From NCBI RefSeq assembly GCF_001457615.1, contig NZ_LN831024.1:4260001-4292000 (forward strand): a DNA stretch of 32,000 nucleotides. The letters run 5' to 3'. Origin of the DNA: Pseudomonas aeruginosa. Lineage in GTDB: Bacteria; Pseudomonadota; Gammaproteobacteria; Pseudomonadales; Pseudomonadaceae. Positions within the stretch are counted from its first letter, which is position 1. Every line of letters begins with the position of its first letter. A program made the position numbers and the translations under genes. The notes beneath the pieces were generated by a model that saw only the letters and a list, made by a program, of their open reading frames with translations, was not told the origin of the DNA and searched no databases. Below, piece after piece: positions 17,399-24,548 of this stretch.

Positions 17399-17620
17399 CA
17401 TCTCATTCTCAAAATAGTTTTTTCCTGTCTGCTTCCTGGCTCAAGATACCACCCTGACAAAAACATTCCATCCTCTTTGAGAACAACCACAATACTAGTA
17501 TCAGGACTGTAAAATAATTGGATCCTTGATACCTATGACAAACCCCTTGCAAATTATGTCGTGCTTTATCGAAGCGCTCCTGCCTTATCTGCATGACTTC
17601 TTCATAAATGTACGATTTGG
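17399..17620 (-). pseudogene. Colicin D-type tRNase domain C-terminal remnant (multiple frameshifts)
   Basis: The last 33 codons read SPDTSIVVVLKEDGMFLSGWYLEPGSRQEKTILRMR* (stop 17399-17401), against the recalled colicin D end NPNTMNVVIIKSNGEFLSGWKINPDADNGRIYLETGEL. Upstream homology continues in two other frames: CKGFVIGIKDPIILQ matches EKGTYRREKGSKVYFN spacing, and ERFDKARHNL matches KFRDAIEEHL. The upstream limit is approximate. Confidence 0.6.
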
Positions 17621-17909
17621 CGTTGTCGCCTTCAGCTTCCCGCTGGACTCCCTTGACCTTACGAGTCATCCGCTCGTAATCTTCCGGCCACAACGCTTGC
17701 TCCATGCGCAACGATGCCTGACCCAGCAAATGCAGCAGGCCGAACAGGCGCATATCGTTGGTGGCAACGATGTGTTCTCGAATCCACTCGTGGGTTACTC
17801 CGCAGGCCAGATGTGTTTCTGGCGTTGATGTGCTGTCATAGTCGGCTCGGAATCCCGCTTCTTTGGCGAGCTGTGCCCAGTGCTGGCCAATGCCTGGTGT
17901 TGGATGTAC

Positions 17910-18169
17910 TCATTTGCTCATCCACTTGCGCAGCAGGCGCTTTTTCAGGGACGCGCGTTCTTGCGGGTTGTGTCCCTTGAGGTTAGCGACACGATCTGCC
18001 GTAGCAGCCTGGCGTATGAGGGGCCAGTAGGAACGCCCATCCTTACGTGGCACCAGTGTTATTGACCTGACTTTCCAGTAGGGAGAGGTGGGCTGCTGGC
18101 CAACGTGGAGAGCTCGCTACGGCAGCTCGTGCGCCCGACGATGGGTGTTTTGCGGTGGTTGCGGCTCAT
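17910..18169 (-). pseudogene. Frameshifted small conserved hypothetical gene (~86 codons)
   Basis: The ATG at 18169 gives MSRNHRKTPIVGRTSCRSE... and stops after 36 codons. The reading continues in another frame ([48 protein letters not shown], stop 17910-17912). The span of 260 nt is not a multiple of 3. I recall this as a widespread small hypothetical family but cannot name it. Confidence 0.4.
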
Positions 18170-18230
18170 AATGTGATTGTCTTCAAGAATATTCAGGACA
18201 GACTGTCAAGATAGAGCAGCGTCAACATGG

Positions 18231-18258
18231 AACAAGCCCCGTCGAAACGGGGCTTGTT
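18231..18258 (-). terminator. Hairpin terminating the pyocin-immunity operon
   Basis: AACAAGCCCCG-TCGAAA-CGGGGCTTGTT, a perfect 11-bp stem 10 nt downstream of the immunity stop. It has no clean U-tract. Confidence 0.6.
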
Positions 18259-18267
18259 GATGGCCAA

Positions 18268-18531
18268 CTAACCGGCCTTAAAGCCAGGAAGCCCCTTGGA
18301 AGCACGCCATTCTTTAACTTCCTTTACAACTCCAGCTGGGCTATCTTCTCTATTTTCGTTGGGGTAGTAAAGAAGGTCTGAGCCGCTTGGGTGTTCCGTT
18401 AGTTTTTTAAATTCAAGCACGGCTTGAATATGAGACTCCTCGGTAGGGAACTTTTTCTTATTGTTTGTGTATATGTCTTTAACAAACTCAAGAAACTCTT
18501 TTTCCGTATATTCGGAAATCTTGGACTTCAT
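18268..18531 (-). CDS. imm1: S1/S2-type pyocin DNase immunity protein (colicin E-DNase Im family, 87 aa)
   Basis: MKSKISEYTEKEFLEFVKDIYTNN...LLYYPNENREDSPAGVVKEVKEWRASKGLPGFKAG is the recalled 87-aa pyocin S1/S2 immunity sequence. Its ATG follows the pyocin TGA by 1 nt. Confidence 0.92.
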   Translation of the reverse strand: MKSKISEYTEKEFLEFVKDIYTNNKKKFPTEESHIQAVLEFKKLTEHPSGSDLLYYPNENREDSPAGVVKEVKEWRASKGLPGFKAG

Positions 18532-18532
18532 A

Positions 18533-20389
18533 TCACTTCCCTCCCGTGTGGATTTCTATATGACGTTTTGGCGTTACTGCAACAAGGTTCCCCATATTGT
18601 AAACGCCGCCTCCATCTGCTATTCGAACCTTGTGGTGGATTTCGATCTTTATTCTCCCGCCAGCCTGTTCTGACTCTCTGACATAAGGAGCACCTCCATC
18701 TCTCATTACAGCTAAACTACCAGGATTAAACTGTTTACTTAACTCAGGATCATTAGCCACAGCTATCCAGAATTGTTCCCGAAAGTCCCGCCAGTTTTTG
18801 AATGTCTTACCACGTAGTTTATCCGCAATCTGGCTTGGAATTGGAGCCCCCTCACCTTGAGAGGCGGCGCCGAGCCAATTACCGCTGACGGGCTGTCCCT
18901 TGCCAGTCGCAGCACCAGGTACATCCCGCGGATCCCTGAACATCACATAGATCGGCTTGATCCCCGAGTCGGCCGGGAAGCCGATGATCAGATCATCCGG
19001 TAGCGTCATCACTCCTGGATAGGTTTCTGGTTTGGCCTTCACCGGTGTGAGGGTCGCCCCCTCATATACCGGCACCGGCTTCGGTACGACCGGAGTGGTA
19101 CTCGAAGGGTTCTGGTTTCCGGGAGGACTCGCCGGCGTCCAGGTCAGGATAAGCGGCGGTGCTTCTGCGACCGTAGAGGGAACCGTAACCTCGTACAGTC
19201 CTGTCGCGGTGTTATAGGCCGCCATCCGGACTGGAACGGCTTTCGGAACGCTCACACCATCGGTGCTGACCACCGAAAGGGTCGTCGTGCTGCCCCGTGC
19301 CTCGTTGGTCAGTCGCATCGGCAGATCGACGGTACCACCTGCTTTTGCAACCGCGTTCAGATTTACGCTTGAGGGAAGCCCCAGCTTGTTGGCATCCATG
19401 CCCAGGGCGTAACGAACGCTATCGGGCGTTTGGTCCTGCCATTGCTCGGCAGTCCGGGAGGAGTAGGTCAGACTGGCAAAGCCCACGGCCATCACCGAGG
19501 GTGCTGAAGCCAGGACCCGGCCCAGGACGGCAATCGCATCGGAGATCGCTTGAGCAAGGGATGCGGCGCCTTGTGCGACCTGGATCAGACCCCGGCCTGC
19601 GGCGGTGGCGACAACGCTGCCATTGGCCGGCATGGCATAGGTATTGGCAGCTCTTATCGCCGCTTGCTGGCGGGCCTGCTCTTCGGCTTTGCGTTTGGCC
19701 TCAGCCGCTGCTTGTTCACGCGCCTTGTTTGCTGCGGCCGCCTCAATACTTGCTTTGGCGGCGGTCAACGTATTCATGCGGATCTGGAGACTACTGATCG
19801 CTTCGGTGAAGAGTTTTACGTTATAAGCTGCCGTGAGACCTTCCATTTCCCTGTCGAGGAAGCGCATATAGGCTTCAGGCCCGTTAATATTGCCTTCTCG
19901 CACCGCTTGTTCACCGATCTCTTCCGCCGTACGGGTAAGGAAATTCTTTGCACCCAGGCTGGTAATCTTCTTCTGATTCAGCAGTAGTTTTTGATTCTTT
20001 TGCTGGAGGGCGTTTCCAACGATGGTCAGACTGCGGTTGATGACGTCCAATGGTGCAAGATTCTTTGCCGGACCAAGAGCGGCATCAGCCTTATCCAGCT
20101 CGGCTTGTACCGACGCCTCAAGTTTTTTCTCGGCATCTCGGAACTGAAGCTCGATCTCCCTGCGTTTTTCTTTAACCTGAAGAGGAACATAGCGTCTGGG
20201 GTCAACGCCCAGATCAGCATAACTTTCAAACTCTTGCCAGCCATTTTCAGTGGACGAATCCAAGCCGTGCTCTATAGGTCTGGCAATGGGGCCAATGCCG
20301 GTACCTCCCCCAGGGCCGTAATAAACGTCTCCGCTTGCCGTGACAGTTGTAGAGTTGAAGTGGATAAGGTCAGCAATGGGTCGTGCCAT
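18533..20389 (-). CDS. pys1: S-type pyocin, S1-type large component with a C-terminal HNH DNase domain (618 aa)
   Basis: AGGAGA RBS. The C-terminal ~370 aa (from AAIRAANTYAMPANGSVV... to HHKVRIADGGGVYNMGNLVAVTPKRHIEIH) match the recalled pyocin S2 translocation and HNH domains. The N-terminal ~245 aa (MARPIADLIHFNSTTVTASGDVYYGPGGG...) differ from S2 (MAVNDYEPG...). The 618-aa length equals the published S1 size. Confidence 0.88.
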   Translation of the reverse strand: MARPIADLIHFNSTTVTASGDVYYGPGGGTGIGPIARPIEHGLDSSTENGWQEFESYADLGVDPRRYVPLQVKEKRREIELQFRDAEKKLEASVQAELDKADAALGPAKNLAPLDVINRSLTIVGNALQQKNQKLLLNQKKITSLGAKNFLTRTAEEIGEQAVREGNINGPEAYMRFLDREMEGLTAAYNVKLFTEAISSLQIRMNTLTAAKASIEAAAANKAREQAAAEAKRKAEEQARQQAAIRAANTYAMPANGSVVATAAGRGLIQVAQGAASLAQAISDAIAVLGRVLASAPSVMAVGFASLTYSSRTAEQWQDQTPDSVRYALGMDANKLGLPSSVNLNAVAKAGGTVDLPMRLTNEARGSTTTLSVVSTDGVSVPKAVPVRMAAYNTATGLYEVTVPSTVAEAPPLILTWTPASPPGNQNPSSTTPVVPKPVPVYEGATLTPVKAKPETYPGVMTLPDDLIIGFPADSGIKPIYVMFRDPRDVPGAATGKGQPVSGNWLGAASQGEGAPIPSQIADKLRGKTFKNWRDFREQFWIAVANDPELSKQFNPGSLAVMRDGGAPYVRESEQAGGRIKIEIHHKVRIADGGGVYNMGNLVAVTPKRHIEIHTGGK

Positions 20390-20458
20390 ATGTATCTCCT
20401 ACTTCCATGAGTGCATGGCTTATTATTTACGTCGAATTAGACTTTTTAAACGCCCCTT

Positions 20459-20524
20459 GCCAAATGAACGCCAATACACTGGAAATACACAGCAATCAAA
20501 CTGCAATATCCCGTATCCAATGAC
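20459..20524 (-). promoter_or_regulatory. P box (PrtN activator binding repeats) of the pyocin promoter
   Basis: The minus strand reads cATTGgatacgggatATTGcaGTttgATTGctGTgtatttccagtgtATTGgcGTtcATTTGgc. These are repeated ATTGnnGT units 70-135 nt upstream of the pys1 ATG, as described for pyocin genes. Confidence 0.75.
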
Positions 20525-20886
20525 CCAGAAGGCCCATCCTTGGCCATTCCCTTCTACGAAACGACCTCGTTTGCGCATGCGCCCATCCAGCGGTCATTTT
20601 CTGCACGAAAACCTCATCTACCCCTGCCAGTCACGGAAGCCGCATACCTTCGGTTCATTAACGAAGTCCCACCTTCAAAATTCATCCATGCCGCCCCTTC
20701 GCGAGCTTCCGGACAAAGCCACGCTGATTGCGAGCCCAGCGTTTTTGATTGCAAGCCGCTGCACCTGGTTAGGCCATTTCCGCAGCGCATGAAGTCCTGG
20801 CCGATATACCGGCAGGGCCAGCCATCGTTCGACGAATAAAGCCACCTCAGCCATGATGCCCTTTCCATCCCCAGCGGAACCCCGAC

Positions 20887-21255
20887 ATGGACGCCAAAGC
20901 CCTGCTCCTCGGCAGCCTCTGCCTGGCCGCTCCATTCGCCGACGCGGCGACGCTCGACAATGCCCTCTCCGCCTGCCTCGCCGCCCGGCTCGGTGCACCG
21001 CACACGGCGGAGGGCCAGTTGCACCTGCCACTCACCCTTGAGGCCCGGCGCTCCACCGGCGAATGCGGCTGTACCTCAGCGCTGGTGCGATATCGACTGC
21101 TGGCCATGCATGCCAATGCGAAGGCACAGGTCCTTCAGGAAGGTCTGCTCGACGGTCGCTACGAAGGCGCCCGTACCCTAACGCTGGCAGCGGATGCGCA
21201 ACTGGCGGCCGACAGCACGCTCGTGGTACGTCTTGGTTGCGCCGTCGCCGAATGA
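20887..21255 (+). CDS. Hypothetical secreted protein (122 aa, Sec-type signal peptide)
   Basis: MDAKALLLGSLCLAAPFADA/ATLD looks like a signal peptide. Strongly GC3-biased host-like codons. Weak RBS. No recognisable domain. Confidence 0.5.
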   Translation: MDAKALLLGSLCLAAPFADAATLDNALSACLAARLGAPHTAEGQLHLPLTLEARRSTGECGCTSALVRYRLLAMHANAKAQVLQEGLLDGRYEGARTLTLAADAQLAADSTLVVRLGCAVAE

Positions 21256-21282
21256 CCATCCACCGACCCAGCGAGGTTCGCG

Positions 21283-22062
21283 ATGCACCTGCTTTACCCC
21301 TCCGCCCCCGACCGCAGCAACGCGGTCGATGAACTCTTCGCCGAGGAATATGACGCGGCCCGTTCGGCAGGCTTGGCCTGTTCGCTGTTCTGCGACGAGG
21401 AACTGGAGAGTGGACGCTTTCGCGCCCGCCCGGAGTTTCCGGCAAACCCCAAGGTGCTGTATCGCGGCTGGATGCTCACACCGGAAAACTACGCTCGCCT
21501 GCACGGCGCGATTCTCGTCGCTGGCGGACGGCCCCTGACCAGTCCACAGCAATATCGGCACTGCCATTACTTGCCGGAGTGGTATCCGCTCTGTGAGGAC
21601 CTCACGCCGGCGACCCTGTTCCTGTCCAGGAACGCCGACTTCGAGACAGTGTTGGCGCAAAGCCCGTGGCGCGCCTGGTTCGTCAAGGACCATGTGAAAT
21701 CCCTGACCACCCAGCGCGGCTCGAAGGCCACCAATGCTGCGGAAGTGCGGGAAGTCCTCGATTCGATCGAGCGTTATCGAGGCACCATCGAAGGCGGTGT
21801 ATGCCTTCGGGAGTTCGAGGCGCTGCGTGCGGAAACCGAGGAACGCTACTTCGTTCTTCACGGCCGCGCTCACGGGCGTCTCGATACCGTCCCGCCGCTA
21901 GTGGAACAGGTGGCACAACGTATCGATTGCCCGTTCTTTTCCGTCGACGTGGTCGAGTCGGCCAGTGGCGAGTTGCGCCTGATGGAACTCGGCGATGGCC
22001 AGGTCTCCGACCGCAAGCAATGGCCCGCCGCACGCTTCGCGGCGATGCTGGCACAGGCATAG
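21283..22062 (+). CDS. ATP-grasp domain protein (short ~250-aa DUF4343-like class)
   Basis: WFVKDHVKS...IEGGVCLREF...ERYFVLHG...FFSVDVVESASGELRLMELGDGQVSD follows the pattern of short stand-alone ATP-grasp proteins. Host-like codon usage. Confidence 0.65.
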   Translation: MHLLYPSAPDRSNAVDELFAEEYDAARSAGLACSLFCDEELESGRFRARPEFPANPKVLYRGWMLTPENYARLHGAILVAGGRPLTSPQQYRHCHYLPEWYPLCEDLTPATLFLSRNADFETVLAQSPWRAWFVKDHVKSLTTQRGSKATNAAEVREVLDSIERYRGTIEGGVCLREFEALRAETEERYFVLHGRAHGRLDTVPPLVEQVAQRIDCPFFSVDVVESASGELRLMELGDGQVSDRKQWPAARFAAMLAQA

Positions 22063-22372
22063 TCGGAACCGCTGCAATCCCAACCCGACCAAGCTCCCCT
22101 TGATCGATCCTGAGGGAGCTCGTCACTCGCCCAGTGCCTCGACCAATTACTCTCATCCAAAGCCCAAGAACGGTTGTCCATCCCCTCGCCCATGGATATT
22201 TCTTCCACTCTGCAATCCAGTTCATAAATCCCATAAAAGCCCTCTTCCGCTCCCCGCCAGCCTCCCCGCATCCCGCACCCTAGACGCCCCGCCGCTCTCC
22301 GCCGGCTCGCCCGACAAGAAAAACCAACCGCTCGATCAGCCTCATCCTTCACCCATCACAGGAGCCATCGCG

Positions 22373-24289
22373 ATGCACCTGACACCCCATTGGATCCCCC
22401 TGGTCGCCAGCCTCGGCCTGCTCGCCGGCGGCTCGTCCGCGTCCGCCGCCGAGGAAGCCTTCGACCTCTGGAACGAATGCGCCAAAGCCTGCGTGCTCGA
22501 CCTCAAGGACGGCGTGCGTTCCAGCCGCATGAGCGTCGACCCGGCCATCGCCGACACCAACGGCCAGGGCGTGCTGCACTACTCCATGGTCCTGGAGGGC
22601 GGCAACGACGCGCTCAAGCTGGCCATCGACAACGCCCTCAGCATCACCAGCGACGGCCTGACCATCCGCCTCGAAGGCGGCGTCGAGCCGAACAAGCCGG
22701 TGCGCTACAGCTACACGCGCCAGGCGCGCGGCAGTTGGTCGCTGAACTGGCTGGTGCCGATCGGCCACGAGAAGCCTTCGAACATCAAGGTGTTCATCCA
22801 CGAACTGAACGCCGGTAACCAGCTCAGCCACATGTCGCCGATCTACACCATCGAGATGGGCGACGAGTTGCTGGCGAAGCTGGCGCGCGATGCCACCTTC
22901 TTCGTCAGGGCGCACGAGAGCAACGAGATGCAGCCGACGCTCGCCATCAGCCATGCCGGGGTCAGCGTGGTCATGGCCCAGGCCCAGCCGCGCCGGGAAA
23001 AGCGCTGGAGCGAATGGGCCAGCGGCAAGGTGTTGTGCCTGCTCGACCCGCTGGACGGGGTCTACAACTACCTCGCCCAGCAGCGCTGCAACCTCGACGA
23101 TACCTGGGAAGGCAAGATCTACCGGGTGCTCGCCGGCAACCCGGCGAAGCATGACCTGGACATCAAGCCCACGGTCATCAGTCATCGCCTGCACTTCCCC
23201 GAAGGCGGCAGCCTGGCCGCGCTGACCGCGCACCAGGCCTGCCACCTGCCGCTGGAGACTTTCACCCGTCATCGCCAGCCGCGCGGCTGGGAACAACTGG
23301 AGCAGTGCGGCTATCCGGTGCAGCGGCTGGTCGCCCTCTACCTGGCGGCGCGACTGTCGTGGAACCAGGTCGACCAAGTGATCCGCAACGCCCTGGCCAG
23401 CCCCGGCAGCGGCGGCGACCTGGGCGAAGCGATCCGCGAGCAGCCGGAGCAGGCCCGTCTGGCCCTGACCCTGGCCGCCGCCGAGAGCGAGCGCTTCGTC
23501 CGGCAGGGCACAGGCAACGACGAGGCCGGCGCGGCCAGCGCCGACGTGGTGAGCCTGACCTGCCCGGTCGCCGCCGGTGAATGCGCGGGCCCGGCGGACA
23601 GCGGCGACGCCCTGCTGGAGCGCAACTATCCCACTGGCGCGGAGTTCCTCGGCGACGGCGGCGACATCAGCTTCAGCACCCGCGGCACGCAGAACTGGAC
23701 GGTGGAGCGGCTGCTCCAGGCGCACCGCCAACTGGAGGAGCGCGGCTATGTGTTCGTCGGCTACCACGGCACCTTCCTCGAAGCGGCGCAAAGCATCGTC
23801 TTCGGCGGGGTGCGCGCGCGCAGCCAGGACCTCGACGCGATCTGGCGCGGTTTCTATATCGCCGGCGATCCGGCGCTGGCCTACGGCTACGCCCAGGACC
23901 AGGAACCCGACGCGCGCGGCCGGATCCGCAACGGTGCCCTGCTGCGGGTCTATGTGCCGCGCTCGAGTCTGCCGGGCTTCTACCGCACCGGCCTGACCCT
24001 GGCCGCGCCGGAGGCGGCGGGCGAGGTCGAACGGCTGATCGGCCATCCGCTGCCGCTGCGCCTGGACGCCATCACCGGCCCCGAGGAGGAAGGCGGGCGC
24101 CTGGAGACCATTCTCGGCTGGCCGCTGGCCGAGCGCACCGTGGTGATTCCCTCGGCGATCCCCACCGACCCGCGCAACGTCGGCGGCGACCTCGACCCGT
24201 CCAGCATCCCCGACAAGGAACAGGCGATCAGCGCCCTGCCGGACTACGCCAGCCAGCCCGGCAAACCGCCGCGCGAGGACCTGAAGTAA
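22373..24289 (+). CDS. toxA: Exotoxin A precursor (NAD+-diphthamide ADP-ribosyltransferase, 638 aa)
   Basis: ATG at 22373 with a GGAG RBS. Signal peptide MHLTPHWIPLVASLGLLAGGSSASA/AEEAFDLWNECAKACVLDLKDG. Furin site RHRQPRGW. Catalytic domain GYHGTFLEAAQSIVFGGVRAR...WPLAERTVVIPSAIP. C-terminal REDLK. The track ORF start at 21995 is an upstream over-extension. Confidence 0.97.
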   Translation: MHLTPHWIPLVASLGLLAGGSSASAAEEAFDLWNECAKACVLDLKDGVRSSRMSVDPAIADTNGQGVLHYSMVLEGGNDALKLAIDNALSITSDGLTIRLEGGVEPNKPVRYSYTRQARGSWSLNWLVPIGHEKPSNIKVFIHELNAGNQLSHMSPIYTIEMGDELLAKLARDATFFVRAHESNEMQPTLAISHAGVSVVMAQAQPRREKRWSEWASGKVLCLLDPLDGVYNYLAQQRCNLDDTWEGKIYRVLAGNPAKHDLDIKPTVISHRLHFPEGGSLAALTAHQACHLPLETFTRHRQPRGWEQLEQCGYPVQRLVALYLAARLSWNQVDQVIRNALASPGSGGDLGEAIREQPEQARLALTLAAAESERFVRQGTGNDEAGAASADVVSLTCPVAAGECAGPADSGDALLERNYPTGAEFLGDGGDISFSTRGTQNWTVERLLQAHRQLEERGYVFVGYHGTFLEAAQSIVFGGVRARSQDLDAIWRGFYIAGDPALAYGYAQDQEPDARGRIRNGALLRVYVPRSSLPGFYRTGLTLAAPEAAGEVERLIGHPLPLRLDAITGPEEEGGRLETILGWPLAERTVVIPSAIPTDPRNVGGDLDPSSIPDKEQAISALPDYASQPGKPPREDLK

Positions 24290-24300
24290 CTGCCGCGACC

Positions 24301-24332
24301 GGCCGGCTCCCTTCGCAGGAGCCGGCCTTCTC
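24301..24332 (+). terminator. toxA rho-independent terminator
   Basis: GGCCGGCTCC-CTTCGCA-GGAGCCGGCC followed by TTCTC, 12 nt after the stop. Confidence 0.8.
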
Positions 24333-24548
24333 GGGGCCTGGCCATACATCAGGTTTTCCTGATGCCAGCCCAATCGAATATGAATTCATCCTGATAGGTA
24401 ATCCGCCTAACCTGCGTCTGCCACGCTTTCGCTCGTCCCGGAAGCGGCCATAACAATTCCAATAGCCGACGAGGACTCTCCATGCTCACCCATCGCATCG
24501 GTGGCATCCGCCTTTCCCCTTCCCCGCAGCGCTCGCCCGGAGACCGCC

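Noticed and set aside
17409-17753. 114-aa ORF offered by the track as a possible intact gene
   Set aside because: It is a chimera. Its 5' half belongs to a frameshifted GC-richer gene. Its 3' half is an out-of-frame read of the colicin-D-like remnant, whose true C-terminus (…LSGWYLEPGS…) lies in a different frame.
20887-22062. A graspetide-type RiPP cluster (precursor peptide plus ATP-grasp ligase)
   Set aside because: The upstream protein has a Sec signal peptide and lacks the repeated Thr/Ser...Asp/Glu core motifs of graspetide precursors. The ATP-grasp is of the short ~250-aa class rather than the RimK-like macrocyclase type. No protease or transporter gene is present.
22225-22250. PvdS iron-starvation box (TAAAT-N16-CGT) upstream of toxA
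   Set aside because: TAAAT is present at 22225-22229, but the base triplet 16 nt downstream is TCC (CCGC follows). The CGT element is not matched at the required spacing, so I did not call it.
22349-24373. 674-aa ORF antisense to toxA. The same applies to 24486..25991 (antisense to the permease), 2458..3570 (antisense to dapE), and the out-of-frame ORFs 294..2429 (same strand as ndvB) and 24635..27322 (upstream part across the permease)
   Set aside because: These are GC-driven open frames with Arg/Gly/Ala/Pro-rich composition and no motifs. In every case another frame or the opposite strand carries a clearly identifiable protein.
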